Origin: Eledone cirrhosa
Taxonomy: Eukaryota
Length of the DNA: 64,000 bases
Assembly (NCBI GenBank): GCA_964016885.1
Contig: CAXHJY010000300.1
Location: forward strand, 1 to 64,000
Direction of reading: 5' to 3'
The first letter of the stretch is position 1; every line of letters begins with the position of its first letter. Of this stretch, positions 46,371 to 62,191 are shown piece by piece. The position numbers and the translations under genes are program-made. The notes beneath the pieces are model-generated. The model did no database searches. It worked only from the letters and a program-made list of their open reading frames with translations, and was not told the DNA's origin.

Positions 46371-47175
46371 GAATGAAGTAATTCCGTCGGAAAAGTCCAG
46401 GAAAAAAGAGTGCTCTATGTAAGCAACAGAGCTTAATTATTATTATGTAATAAACAACATAAGGCAATTATTCCATTTACCAGTGGTATCTTAAAAGCAA
46501 AAGGTTTTGCTTTCAATCCTCAGAATGAAAAAATCCTGGTTTGTTTATTGAATTTGGATCTTAAAAAAACAAAAAAAGCAAGCTATATGAAAGTGAGGCT
46601 GGAGAAGGAAGAAGGAAAGGAAAAATAAAATAAGACTACACATACAACCACACATACACGAAAACACATAAAAGCACACACACACACACACATACACACA
46701 CACGCATACACACACACGTTATTCCGGGTTAAATCGGAGGCAGCCACAGTAAGCAAGGCACTCAGTACACCGCAGAGCATGAAAGTTTTAATATAGATGA
46801 GAATCTGTATATGTATACAAACACATACATACCCCCCCCCCACACACACGCATGCGTATGCGCGCACGCACGCACGCGTATACAAATATAAATATATTTC
46901 CCCCATACACATGTGTGTGCGTGCAAGTGTCTCGTGAATTAGATTATACTTAGAAAATGTCTACAGAATTCCCTAAACCTTCGTCAATTTACTAGAACCT
47001 TTAAGAATTTAGCTTTTAAGGAATCTCCCCTTCCTCCAAATCTATATGCCATGACTGACCCCATACTGATCTTACAGACACCTGTAAGCTAAAGAGAAAC
47101 CTAATGATAAGGATTGATCTGAATACAGAAATCTGTCTGCCTTTGTTCCTCTAAGAACAAACATATACAAACATT

Positions 47176-47214
<39 letters not shown>

Positions 47215-47391
47215 CATATCTACACACAGACACGCATACATATATATATATACACACACACACACATGCATATATACACACACATATACACACACACACA
47301 CACATATACACGCATATATATACATACATATATATATATATGCGCGTGCGTACACGCATACACATACGTACACATAGCCATACCCACACAC

Positions 47392-47437
<46 letters not shown>

Positions 47438-48192
47438 CATACATACATTCACACAATCAAACATATATACACACGTACATGCATACACATACATAAATGC
47501 ACTCCTCTACATATTCACACACGCAAATAAATATAGGAAAAAAAATATATATATATATATATATATATTATAAAAACATTGAGACCGTTACATGAGGCAG
47601 CAAACTGGACAGACAAGCGTGGTAAGAAACACAGACAAAAGCACATATACATACGCACGAAATAGTCAACGCATTCACACACTCTCACACATAAAAAGAA
47701 TTTCAAATACAAATACAAAAACGCATACATACGCATACATGCAAAACCACGCACAAGTGTACAATCTATACACACACACACACGTGTATACAACTATATG
47801 CACACACATATATGCATACATATACACACATATATATATACATAAATACAAACGTACACACAGACATATATATACACGTACACATACACACACATATACA
47901 TACATAGCTAAACAATTATACACATACAAATACGTATATATAGTAGTAAAGTATTATAGCAACATAAGTTAATTATTCCATTTACCAAGGGTTTCTTAAC
48001 AGCAAAAAGTTTTTTCCTAGAATCTTCAGGATGAGAGAAACCTGGCTTATCCACACATACACATATATACACACACACACAAATACATACACATATGAAG
48101 ACATACACACAGGCACACACACACATACGTATAAACATATATACATACACACATACACACACATACACACACATATCTATATGTATATATAT

Positions 48193-48249
<57 letters not shown>

Positions 48250-49608
48250 AACATACATACACATACACATAGGTATGTGGAGGGCAAGGCAAAAAGAATA
48301 TATGTGGGGGGGGGGGGGGGGGGCGCATAGGAGAAGGTAAAATATAAGGGGAGGTAAGGGAGAAAAAAATATATAATAAATGTAAGTATACAAGAGTACA
48401 GAACGTAGAAGCAGTAAAATAAAAGCCGTAGCAGAAGTAAAGAGCAGGAGAGGAGTTCAAGGACACTCATAGGAGTCTCAATCCAGTTACAGATCAGGTG
48501 CGGTCTCAGATGAGGACAGTATCTGAAGATCTCAGTCTTTGAATTAAGGCAAGCGGAAGTGTCTCTCAATGATGTAACACTAAATCTGTCGTTTATGAGG
48601 CTACGATAACACCAGTAATCAACAACCAGCCAGCCAGGAGTGAGCGATATGTCGGTATGACCCAGGACAGGTTTAAAACCAGATTTTACTCACATGTCGC
48701 TTCTTTTAAGCACTCCGATAAACGAACATCAACGGCCCTCGCAAGTAAGGTGTGGGAACTCAAGGATAGTAACATCCCGTACTCTATTGATTGGTCTATA
48801 TTAGACCATTCGAGGGAGTACCAAAGGGGCACAAAGAATTGTTCTTTGTGTACCACAGAAAAGTATAGGATTTTGCTAAACTTGAGAGACACTTCCGCTT
48901 GCCTTAATTCAAAGACTGAGATCTTCAGATGCTGTCCTCATCTGAGACCGCACCTGATCTGTAACTGGATTGACACTCCTATGAGAAATCAACCGCCTTG
49001 CACTCCTTCTCCCGCTCTTTACTTCTGCTACGGCTTTTATTTTACTGTTTCTACGTTCTGTACTCTTGTATACTTACATTTATTATATATTTTTTTCTCC
49101 CTTACCTCCCCTTATATTTTACCTTCTCCTATGCGCTCCCCCCCCCCCACATATATTCTTTTTGCCTTGCCCTCCACATACCTATGTGTATGTGTATGTA
49201 AGTTTGTGTGTGTATATATATATGTGTGTGTATATATATATACATATAGATATGTGTGTGTATGTGTGTATGTATATGTTTATACGTATGTGTGTGTGTG
49301 CCTGTGTGTATGTATTTATATGTGTATGTATCTGTGTGTGTGTGTGTATATATGTGTATGTGTGGATAAGCCAGGTTTCTCTCATCCTGAAGATTGTAGG
49401 AAAATTTTTTTTGCTGTTAAGAAACCCTTGGTAAATGGAATAATTGCCTTATGTTGCTTTAATACTTTACTACTATATATACGTATATGTAAGGTCCTTA
49501 TGATTTATCTAAGATTGAGTTTTACATACACACACGCATATACGTGTGTGTATGCGTATGCATGTGTGTGTGCGTGGTTGTGTGTATGTGTGTATATGTG
49601 TATATGCA

Positions 49609-49649
<41 letters not shown>

Positions 49650-50264
49650 ATATGTGTGTGTGTACATATGTGCGTGTGTATATATTGATAATTGTATATG
49701 TGTGTGTGTGTGTGTATATATGTGTGTGTGTGTGTTTGTGTTCTGTTGTGCGTGTTTATGATATATACGTATTTGTATGTGTATAATTGTTTAGCTATGT
49801 ATGTATATGTGTGTGTATGTGTACGTGTATATATATGTGTGTGTGTACGTTTGTATTTATGTATATATATATGTGTGTATATGTATGCATATATGTGTGT
49901 GTGCATATAGTTGTATACACGTGTGTGTGTGTGTATAGATTGTACACTTGTGCGTGGTTTTGCATGTATGCGTATGTATGCGTTTTTGTATTTGTATTTG
50001 AAATTCTTTTTATGTGTGAGAGTGTGTGAATGCGTTGACTATTTCGTGCGTATGTATATGTGCTTTTGTCTGTGTTTCTTACCACGCTTGTCTGTCCAGT
50101 TTGCTGCCTGATGTAACGGTCTCAATGTTTTTATAATATATATATATATATATATTTTTTTTCCCCTATATTTATTTGCGTGTGTGAATATGTAGAGGAG
50201 TGCATTTATGTATGTGTATGCATGTACGTGTGTATATATGTTTGATTGTGTGAATGTATGTATG

Positions 50265-50304
<40 letters not shown>

Positions 50305-50492
50305 GGTATGGCTATGTGTACGTATGTGTATGCGTGTACGCACGCGCATATATATATATATGTATGTATATATATGCGTGTGTGTGTGTGTGTGTGTATA
50401 TGTATGTGTATATATGCATGTGTGTGTGTGTGTATGTGTGTGTGTATGTGTGTGTGTATATATATATATGTATGCGCGTGTGTGTGTAGATA

Positions 50493-50542
<50 letters not shown>

Positions 50543-50874
50543 AATGTTTGTATATGTTTGTTCTTAGAGGAACAAAGGCAGACAGATTTCTGTATTCAGA
50601 TTGGAGCCAATCCTTATCATTAGGTTTCTCTTTAGCTTACAGGTGTCTGTAAGATCAGTATGGGGTCAGTCATGGTAAATAGATTTGGAGGAAGGGGAGA
50701 TTCCTTAAATGCTAAATTCTTAAAGGTTCTAGTAAATTGACGAAGGTTTAGGGAATTCTGTAGACATTTTCTAAGTATAATCTAATTCACGAGACACTTG
50801 CACGCACACACATGTGTATGGGGGAAATATATTTATATTTGTATACGCGTGCGTGCGTGCGCGCATACGTATGC

Positions 50875-50950
<76 letters not shown>

Positions 50951-51085
50951 GTTTGTATACATATACAGATTCTCATCTATATTAAAACTTTCATGCTCTG
51001 CGGTGTACTGAGTGCCTAGCTTACTGTGGCTGCCTCCGATTCAACCCGGAATAACGTGTGTTTGTATGCGTGTGTGTGTATGTGT

Positions 51086-51141
<56 letters not shown>

Positions 51142-51375
51142 TTTATGTGTTTTCGTGTATGTGTGGTTGTATGTGCAGTCTTATTTTATTTTTCCTTTCC
51201 TTCTTCCTTCTCCAGCCTCACTTTCATATAGCTTGCTTTTTTTGTTTTTTTAAGATCCAAATTCAATAAACAAACCAGGATTTTTTCATTTTGAGGATTG
51301 AAAGCAAAACCTTTTGCTTTTAAGAAACCACTGGTAAATGGAATAATTGCCTTATGTTGTTTATTACATAATAAT
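46371..51375. mobile_element. PLE family E: inverted pair of long 3' regions around a GIY-YIG fragment
   Basis: ~46440-48569 is the reverse complement of 48882-51375 (minus a ~0.28 kb segment); hammerhead motifs at 46471-46530(-), 47976-48036(-), 49380-49440(+), 51284-51343(+). Confidence 0.9.
48570..48985 (+). pseudogene. GIY-YIG endonuclease fragment of PLE-E
   Basis: CNTKSVVYEATI...YVGMTQDRFKTRFYSH...STALASKVWELK...CSLCTTEK...LNSKTEIFRCCPH. Confidence 0.88.
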
Positions 51376-51409
51376 ATATATATATATATATACATATATA
51401 TATACATAC

Positions 51410-51440
<31 letters not shown>

Positions 51441-51827
51441 CATATATATATATATACATATAGAGATATATATACATACATATATATATACATATAGATA
51501 TATATATACATACATATATACATATAGATATATATATACATACATATATATATATATATACATACATACATATATACATACATACATATACATACATACA
51601 TATACATATATATATATACATATACATATATATATATACATATATATATATATACATATACATATATATATATACATACATATACATATATATATATCCA
51701 TACATATACATATATATATATCCATACATATACACATACATATACATATATATACATACATATACACATACATATAGGTATGTATATGTATATATATATA
51801 TGTATGTATATATATATGTATGTATGC

Positions 51828-51864
<37 letters not shown>

Positions 51865-51958
51865 TGTATGTATATATATATGTATGTATGTATGTATATA
51901 TATATATATGTATGTATGTATATATATATATATGTATGTATGCATATATATATATATG

Positions 51959-52275
51959 AAAAATGGCGTAGGATAGAAGAAAGGAAAGGCACAGAAACGA
52001 AGAAAGAAATCCCCAGTCACTGAAGAGGTCACAGAGTGTGTGACGAAAGAACTATGACTATATATATATAAACAACTATCTGGTTGTGGAACCAACCAAC
52101 CAACCAGAAATTTATAAATTTGTAAATTTATAAATATATATTAAATTAAATTGAAGTGAAAGCAACTGGTGCGTGTGTTTCTTATTGGCAACATGACCCT
52201 CCCAAAGTATAACAATATCGGTTTCAACACACGATTTCAGATAAAGAATCTTGCTAAACAAATTCAGAAACGAAA
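51959..52275 (+). mobile_element. Solo PLE-B 3' unit with hammerhead at 52015-52059
   Basis: AAAATGGCGTAGG...CTGAAGAGGTCACAGAGTGTGTGACGAAA...TTCAGAAACGAAA; TA tracts on both sides. Confidence 0.88.
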
Positions 52276-52643
52276 CATATATATATACATATATATATAT
52301 ACATACATATACATATATATATATACATACATATACATATATATACATATATATATATATACATACATATACATATATATACATATATATATACATACAT
52401 ATACATATATATACATATATATATATATACATACATATACATATATATACATATATATATATACATACATATACATATATATACATATATATATATACAT
52501 ACATATACATATATACATACATATACATATATATACATATATATATATACATACATATACATATATACATACATATACATATATATACATATATATATAT
52601 ACATACATATACATATATACATACATATACATATATATACATA

Positions 52644-52681
<38 letters not shown>

Positions 52682-52691
52682 CATATACATA

Positions 52692-52739
<48 letters not shown>

Positions 52740-52740
52740 C

Positions 52741-52780
<40 letters not shown>

Positions 52781-52966
52781 ATATACATACATGTACATAT
52801 ATATATATATATATATATACATACATATATACAAATACATATATATACATCCATATATACATATATACATATACATATATATATATATATATATACGTAT
52901 ATATACATATATATAAATACATATATATATATATATACATACATATATACATATACATATATATAT

Positions 52967-54666
52967 ATTACACCTTATCGGAAATAACGTTTGGCGCCCC
53001 TGATGTCTTAGCGGCAATAAAGGAAATCAAGCATAATTCAGCAGTAGGTCCCGATAGGTTCCCTGCTTGTGTCTTGAAGGCGTGTCAACACCAACTTGCA
53101 TCTCCTCTTGCCAATCTGTGGCGGAACTCACTGGATGCTGGATATGTGCCAGAAAACCTTCTATCCCAGTCTGTTGTCCCAGTTTTCAAAAAGGGAAACA
53201 AATCCCTTGCCGTGAATTACCGTCCAATCTCACTCACCTCTCATATCATTAAGGTATTTGAGAGAGTGGTGAGATCGTGAATGACCCACTTCCTTGAGAG
53301 TAACAATATGCTGAACTCCAACCAGCATGGATTCCGTAATGGAAGGGATTGCCTGACGCAGCTACTGCATCACTTTGATGACATTTTGAGAGCCTTGGGA
53401 GAGGGTTCCAACACTGATGTCATCTACCTTGATTTCAGCAAGGCCTTTGACAGGGTTGATCATAACATTCTACTGAGAAAGCTGTCCAATATTGGTGTCA
53501 CTGGAAAGCTGCTGCAGTGGATCAAGAGCTTCCTGTCAAACAGAACCCAACATGTTGTAGTTGAAGGAGTCAAATCCAGCCCAGCCAAAGTCAGTAGTGG
53601 GGTCCCACAAGGCACTGTGTTGGGCCCACTTCTCTTCATCATTTATATTAATGACATCACTGACATCATCAAACACAGCAACATTAAAATTTTCGCTGAT
53701 GATTCCAAGCTCCAAAAGGTCATCAATGGCGTGGACGACCGGATAAGCCTTCAGTCAGACCTACTGGCTGTTACCCAATGGGCGGAGAAGAACAACATGT
53801 TACTGAACGAAGACAAATTCGAACTGATCCACTTTGGAAAAGAGGATGCTCTGAAACTCCCGTACTCCCTCCCCTCCGGGGAAACTCTCGTGGCATCTAA
53901 CAACATCAGAGACTTGGGAGTAACCGTGGACAGCAACATAAGCTGGGCCACGCATATAAGCAGCAAAGTTGACATGGCCTGCAGAATGTGTTCCTGGATC
54001 CACAGAACCTTCCAGTCGAGAGATTCCCACACCATTATCCTTCTCTTCTCTACTTTTGCCCGACCACACCTAGAATACTGTTGTCCACTGTGGTCTCCCC
54101 ACACGAAACAAAGTATCATGAAACTTGAAGCTCCTCAAAGGGCAATCACGAAAAAGATAGATGGCATGTCAGACCTTGACTACTGGGGTCGACTAGAAAA
54201 CCTGAAACTTTACTCACTCCAACGTCGCCGTGAGCGTTATATTATCTGCATGATGTGGAAAATGTTCCATCATCACTGCCCAAATGATGTTGGCATCGCC
54301 TTCAAGATACACCCAAGGCTTGGGCCCCGTGCTATCCGTCCCATACAAAAATCTAAATCCCAACTCATAACAACAATACGGCACAATTATTTCACCTCAA
54401 TCGGCCCTGCTCTCTTCAACATCACACCAGGACACGTCAAAACAGAAACTGACCACACAAAATTCAAGAAGTCTTTGGACAAATTCCTCCAAGTAATCCC
54501 GGACAAACCACCCACACCCGGATATGTCTCCGCAAACAGTAATTCTCTTCTCGAATGGGCCATGGTGCCCAAATCCTGAATTGAAAGACTTCGCCAGGTG
54601 GTGCTATTAAGTTAGACATGGCCTGGGCCAATACTGGCCAAAACATTTCAAAGTTATTCAAAGTTA
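52967..54666 (+). mobile_element. CR1-like LINE copy 4, 5'-truncated
   Basis: ORFs 53074-53280 and 53281-54579 separated by CGA>TGA; same tail. Confidence 0.92.
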
Positions 54667-55043
54667 TATATATATATACATATATATATACATACATATA
54701 TATATACATATACATATATATATATACATATATATATATATACATATACATATATATATATACATATATATATATACATACATATATATACATATACATA
54801 TATATATATACATATACATACATATATATACATATACATATATATGTATACATACATATATATATATATACATACATATACATATATATATATATACATA
54901 CATATACACATACATATACATATATATATATATACATACATATACATATATATATATATATACACATATATATATATATACATACATATATATACATATA
55001 CACATATATATATATATATACATATATATACATATACACATAT

Positions 55044-55076
<33 letters not shown>

Positions 55077-55448
55077 CATATACATATATATATATACATA
55101 TACATATATATATATATATACATACATATACATATATATATACATACATATACATATATATATATATATACATACATATATATATATATATACATACATA
55201 TACATATATATATACATACATATACATATATATATATATACATACATATACATATATATATACATACATATACATATATATATACATACATATACATATA
55301 TATATACATACATATACATATACATATATATATACATACATATACATATATATATATATATACATACATATATATATATACATAAATATATATATATACA
55401 TACATATATATACATATATATATACATACATATGCATATGTACATATA

Positions 55449-56025
55449 TGGTGCTACTGGAAACATGTATCCCAGTACAACTCGATCCATGCTCGGGTCG
55501 CTGGCGACTAAACCGGCAACCCCACCAAGGATTCATGGTGAGGAGGGTGACTTTGGACATCCTGCAGGACTAAAAACAAAACCTGTCAAATGGCAAAGGA
55601 GCTCTTAAGACTCAATGGCCATCCAAAATCACTGGGTGAGATGACACCTTAGCCTTTGTCAAGGCAGAATTCTAGGAGAAGGAAAACTCTGATATAACAC
55701 CTGCAACGCTGATGGTATCCAATTCTTTTTGGTAAATATCATCTTGGTTAAGAGAGTGGGACTGGCTTTGTGCAGTGCCTTTGCTCACTATAAAAGCTTC
55801 ACGGCACAGTCATTGCTTTATATCTGGAGATCTCTCTGCACTTATCACATGGTACCATGGGCCCAGCACTATGTGTCAATAATTGTCACAAGTGTAGTGT
55901 TTGTACCAGAGTTTTCAAGTCGCTGGCTGGACTAAAAGTCACACTCGTTCAGCGCATCGGTCGGGGTTCTCCTACATGGATATAAAGTAGTGGCCGTACT
56001 CGAAAACGAGTTGGTAGCCACCATG
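55449..56025 (+). mobile_element. Non-coding ~0.6 kb retroposon, copy 3
   Basis: Reverse complement of copies 1 and 2 with small deletions; ends GTTGGTAGCCACCATG then (TA/TG)n. Confidence 0.7.
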
Positions 56026-56255
56026 TATATATATATGTATGTATATATATGTATATATATATATATATATATGTATGTATATATATGTATATATATATAT
56101 ATATGTATGTATATATATGTATATATATGTATATGTATGTATATATATGTATATATATATATATGTGTATATATATATATATGTATGTATATATATGTAT
56201 ATATATATATATATATGTATGTATATATATGTATATATATATATATATATGTATG

Positions 56256-56308
<53 letters not shown>

Positions 56309-57820
56309 GGAAAGTTATATTTAAATTGTTGGGTTACAACTAGTAAATATTTATAACTGATATAAAAGCACTCGACAAGTATTTGGAGTATATTTACAAT
56401 ATTAAATAAATGGAAACTATATTTATAAAACCATATTTATTTCATTATATATATTTCAGGGATATCATATTAACAATATGCTATGCCTTCCTCAGACAAA
56501 ATACAATATAAACAGTTTTATAGATAAATAGATTTGACATACCGTAGCAACATCGACTTGTATTTGAAAAAGTTGAATTGGCAGTGAAAAGATTGTACAC
56601 AGAGAGAAAGAAAGAGAGAAAAAAGGAAAGAAAGACAGAAAACGAAGAAAAAGAAGAAAAAGAAGAAATGCATGGAACAAAATAGAGAGATGGAAAGATA
56701 GATAAAGAGAAGAACTTCATGTAATGAAACAGAGAGAGATATATATATATATATAGAGAGGAAATAGAGATAGATATATATATATATAGATAAATAGGTA
56801 GTGGAAAGTCCGTTGAGTAAACGTATCAATGATACATTTATTTATTTATTTATTTATTTAGCTCTAGTATTAATGTAAGGGAGATATATGGAGAGAAACC
56901 AGCTGTTATATATAGAGAAAAATTTAAAAATAACCAGACATAGGCGAGGCGTAAAAACCCTATGTTTTAATGTATGTATAAAAACCAGCCACTATATTGT
57001 AAATATCAGTATTCTTGAATGAGACATGTACCCATAATGTGTGAAAAGTAATGATCTCATGTTTAGTTTTTTTAAAAAATTCATATGTGATAACTACAAA
57101 CATCTATGTGAATTTACATGATCAACTCTGCAAACCCTATGTTCACGGAAAACATTCTCATTGTGGTATAAAAATTTAAGTATACATATATGCGTATATA
57201 TATACACACAAATATATATAGAGTCAATATTACTACTATTCCTGTCTTTACTCTACAAGATTATCTATCAAGCAGAAATAGAGAGCAGATTTCAATATAC
57301 TAATAAAAAATATATATCAGAAACAAAACTAAAAAATAACAATAATAATAATAAAATAGAAAACTAAAAAATATTACGAAAGAATATTACATATTAAAAA
57401 TATTACATATTAAAAATATTAAAAATAAAAATATTAGAAAATACTACAATAATAAAAATAAAAATAAACCACAAAGATCAACCCTTCAAAATTAATTGAC
57501 AATATATTGCCAAGTTCATTATAAGCATCAGAGTCGAAAAACAGATAAAACCAAAAATTATCTATCAAATCGCACCTAGCAAAGATCATTTCAAAAAGTT
57601 TAGGATGCCCATTTGGTCTACATGTGTTCTTATATTTAATATAGAAGTTTATCTAGTGTAACGTTTATTCGAAATATTTGGAGCATCAACTTTTAGGGTA
57701 GCTTAATTTTGCATGAAGAATGTTTAAATAAAAATAAAAATAAAAATAAAAAGAATAAAAAGAAGAAATCAAAGATTTATCGGCTAGTTTCCCATATAAT
57801 TATAAATCAAACTAAATATA

Positions 57821-59762
57821 CTACATTTTAAATTTAAATTTATATTTAAACGTTGAGTTTAATCTATGTTTGCAGCAACTGAATAAATTTGTCCGTAGAT
57901 TAAGGGAATTTTTAGATTTTAGTATAAAGAATATCTCCTCTGCGCAGAGGTCACATGTCTCAGAGGATGAATTAAAAGGAATCCCTCTTGAGACTATATT
58001 CCAAGCCGTCGAATATCTAACGTTATCTAGCTTAAGTTGCCAGAGTACGCCTGATAGTGCCGTTGAAGATTTTTTGCTTGGATCTGTGAAAGAATTCTTG
58101 TGGTTATTATAGCGAAGTTTAAATTCCGTCGATGTGGAACCGACGTAGTTAAAAGAATTAGAGTCAGTATTAACATTACAATTGTATACTATATTTTTAA
58201 CTAAGCAGTTGTTATTTAACGGACATTTAGATCTATCTCTACAGTTACATTTGTTAACTTGTATATTATTTATGCTATTATCACTAGGTTTTAAGTTCCT
58301 ATTATTTATTCTATTAATATTTTGTGCTAAATTTTTGGTGGATGAGTAGGTTAATTTTATTGTATGTCTATTGAAAATTGAGTGATACTTATGTGTTCTA
58401 GGGAAGCGATTATCAAGAGCTTTAAAAAATAGTTTAGCGATGTGGGTTTTAATGTTTAGTGAGAAAGGGGGGGGGGGCAAACCAAATTATGTTCCTAGTT
58501 CTATTTCTTTTTTGGCCTTTGGAATTATTGTAATGCTTTCTATTATAGTTGTTAAGGTTGTTGCCGTAATTAAAATAGTTGTTATTTTGTTTAGTTTGTC
58601 TATCATTATCTATGTACACAATCTTATCAGCATATCCTGCTCTAGCTAATGCTTCATTGTAGTATTGGGCTTTTTCGTCGAAAATCTTTCTATTCGACGA
58701 GATCCATAGAGATACGTTTTTGAACAGAGTTTACTATAGTGTTTTTGACAGATCTGGGGTGTTTAGAGTTAAAGTTGACATAGTTTAAGTTTTCATTCAA
58801 CTTGTGAAAAGGATAGTGAAGACATGTGTTGAGATTTAATGTTATATCTAGAAAATTGACTATTCTATGGTTGTTCTCAATTTCTATTTTAAGATTAAAG
58901 TAATTAAAAAATTGTGTAATTTGTTTACATTTTCTATTTAGTTCAGAGTTATTATTATCAATAAGTAAAAGCATGTCATCTCTATATAAACCTCCGGTAG
59001 TACCAGGTATTTTCCTATGTAGCGAATTGATTAAAAATAAGCCCACAAGGTCAGTTACCTGAGCTGAGTCGGATGATCCATAGTAATGTCAAAATTGCTA
59101 TCTCTATCTGCTCTGGTCCATAGTTGGTCATTAAATTCTATCAAAGTTTTCCTAGCCGATAATATAATATGCATTTCATTGCTAGTTAGGTCAGTATGTT
59201 TGAATGCGTAATTTAGTGCCTTATTTAGTAGATTAGGGGTAATAGAAGAATAATAGTTAGCTATATCAAGTTGAATAAACTTATTATTATTGTTATATTT
59301 AATTTGCTTAAACCACTCAACAACCTCTCCAGTTCCCTTCCACAAGCTCAGGTTAGATAAACAATCCAATTTCTTAATTTGCTGTAATCACCCTGTCAAG
59401 AATGTTTTTGCTTAATTTGCCAGGTCCGATTTTGATGGTGCGATCAATCTAACTGGCAAGTCATTTTCAAAATTCCTCTTGTGATCTTTCATATTGATCT
59501 TCGGTTTCCTGGGCACGAAAGGTTGTGTTCTGTTCTCAATTTCCAACTCGTGCATTATACAAGATGCTTCGACATTCATTTTCTCGAGCTCGGCCTTATC
59601 TGCTACCTTGTACTTTTTCCTCAGCTCCTTCAGTATGAGGCCATTATACATGTCTTTCTGCACTGCATAGAGGTTGTTGGTCTTGTCAGATTTCACCAAG
59701 ATCATCTCAGTTTTCTCTAAGCTCTCAATGTTATCCTTAATGCCTTTCAGATATTCCTGGCC
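57821..59762 (-). pseudogene. Frameshifted PLE RT + GIY-YIG (same clade as A and D)
   Basis: KSDKTNNLY, KDHK, RLIAPSKSD, QLDIANYYSSI, FDITM, GLYRDD, CNCRDRSKCPLNNNC, YVGST. Confidence 0.9.
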
Positions 59763-61103
59763 TATTATATTATCGGCTAGGAAAACTTTGATAGAATTTA
59801 ATGACCAACTATGGACCAGAGCAGATAGAGATAGCAATTTTGACATTACTATGGATCATCCGACTCAGCTCAGGTAACTGACCTTGTGGGCTTATTTTAA
59901 TCAATTCGCTACATAGGAAAATACCTGGTACTACCGGAGGTTTATATAGAGATGACATGCTTTTACTTATTGATAATATTAACTCTGAACTAAATAGAAA
60001 ATGTAACAAATTACACAATTTTTTAATTACTTTAATCTTAAAATAGAATTGAGAACAACCATAGAATAGTCAATTTTCTAGATATAACATTAAATCTCAA
60101 CACATGTCTTCACTATCCTTTTCACAAGTTGAATGAAAACTTAAACTATGTCAACTTTAACTCTAACCACCCCAGATCTGTCAAAACACTATAGTAAACT
60201 CTGTTCAAAAACGTATCTCTAGGATCTCGTCGAATAGAAGATTTTCGACGAAAAAGCCCAATACTACAATGAAGCATTAGCTAGAGCAGGATATGCTGAT
60301 AAGATTGTTGTACATAGATAATGATAGACAAACTAAACAAAATAACAACTATTTTAATTACGGCAACAACCTTAACAACTATAATAGAAAGCATTACAAA
60401 ATTCCAAAGGCCAAAAAAGAAATAGAACTAGGAACATAATTTGGTTTGCCCCCCCCCCTCTTCTCCACTAAACATTAAACCCACATCGCTAACTATTTTT
60501 TAAAGCTCTTGATAATCGCTTCCCTAGAACACATAGGTATCACTCAATTTTCAATAGACATACAATAAAATTAACCTACTCATCCACCAAAATTTAGCAC
60601 AAAATATTAATAGAATAAAATAATAGGAACTTAAAACCTAGTGATAATAGCATAAATAATATACAAGTTAACAAATGTAACTGTAGAGATAGATCTAAAT
60701 GTCCGTTAAATAACAACTGCTTAGTTAAAAATATAGTATACAATTGTAATGTTAATACTGACTCTAATTCTTTTAACTACGTCGGTTCCACATCGACGGA
60801 ATTTAAACTTCGCTATAATAACCACAAGAATTCTTTCACAGATCCAAGCAAAAAATCTCCAACGGCACTATCAGGCGTACTCTGGCAACTTAAGCTAGAT
60901 AACGTAGATATTCGAACGGCTTGGAATATAGTCTCAAGAGGGATTCCTTTTAATTCATCCTCTGAGACATGTGACCTCTGCGCAGAGGAGATATTCTTTA
61001 TACTAAAATCTAAAATTCCCTTAATCTACGGACAAATTTATTCAGTTGCTGCAAACATAGATTAAACTCAACGTTTAAATATAAATTTAAATTTAAAATG
61101 TAG
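59763..61103 (+). pseudogene. Second, more indel-damaged copy of the PLE-F ORF
   Basis: Mirror of 57821-59169 with extra 1-bp homopolymer deletions. Confidence 0.85.
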
Positions 61104-62159
61104 TATATTTAGTTTGATTTATAATTATATGGGAAACTAGCCGATAAATCTTTGATTTCTTCTTTTTATTCTTTTTATTTTTATTTTTATTTTTATTTAA
61201 ACATTCTTCATGCAAAATTAAGCTACCCTAAAAGTTGATGCTCCAAATATTTCGAATAAACGTTACACTAGATAAACTTCTATATTAAATATAAGAACAC
61301 ATGTAGACCAAATGGGCATCCTAAACTTTTTGAAATGATCTTTGCTAGGTGCGATTTGATAGATAATTTTTGGTTTTATCTGTTTTTCGACTCTGATGCT
61401 TATAATGAACTTGGCAATATATTGTCAATTAATTTTGAAGGGTTGATCTTTGTGGTTTATTTTTATTTTTATTATTGTAGTATTTTCTAATATTTTTATT
61501 TTTAATATTTTTAATATGTAATATTTTTAATATGTAATATTCTTTCGTAATATTTTTTAGTTTTCTATTTTATTATTATTATTATTGTTATTTTTTAGTT
61601 TTGTTTCTGATATATATTTTTTATTAGTATATTGAAATCTGCTCTCTATTTCTGCTTGATAGATAATCTTGTAGAGTAAAGACAGGAATAGTAGTAATAT
61701 TGACTCTATATATATTTGTGTGTATATATATACGCATATATGTATACTTAAATTTTTATACCACAATGAGAATGTTTTCCGTGAACATAGGGTTTGCAGA
61801 GTTGATCATGTAAATTCACATAGATGTTTGTAGTTATCACATATGAATTTTTTAAAAAACTAAACATGAGATCATTACTTTTCACACATTATGGGTACAT
61901 GTCTCATTCAAGAATACTGATATTTACAATATAGTGGCTGGTTTTTATACATACATTAAAACATAGGGTTTTTACGCCTCGCCTATGTCTGGTTATTTTT
62001 AAATTTTTCTCTCTATATAACAGCTGGTTTCTCTCCATATATCTCCCTTACATTAATACTAGAGCTAAATAAATAAATAAATAAATGTATCATTGATACG
62101 TTTACTCAACGGACGTCCCACTACCTAGTTATCTATATATATATATCTATCTCTATTTC

Positions 62160-62191
<32 letters not shown>

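Noticed and set aside
53278-53280. In-frame TGA as selenocysteine or readthrough
   Set aside because: The paralogous copy has CGA; simple CpG transition
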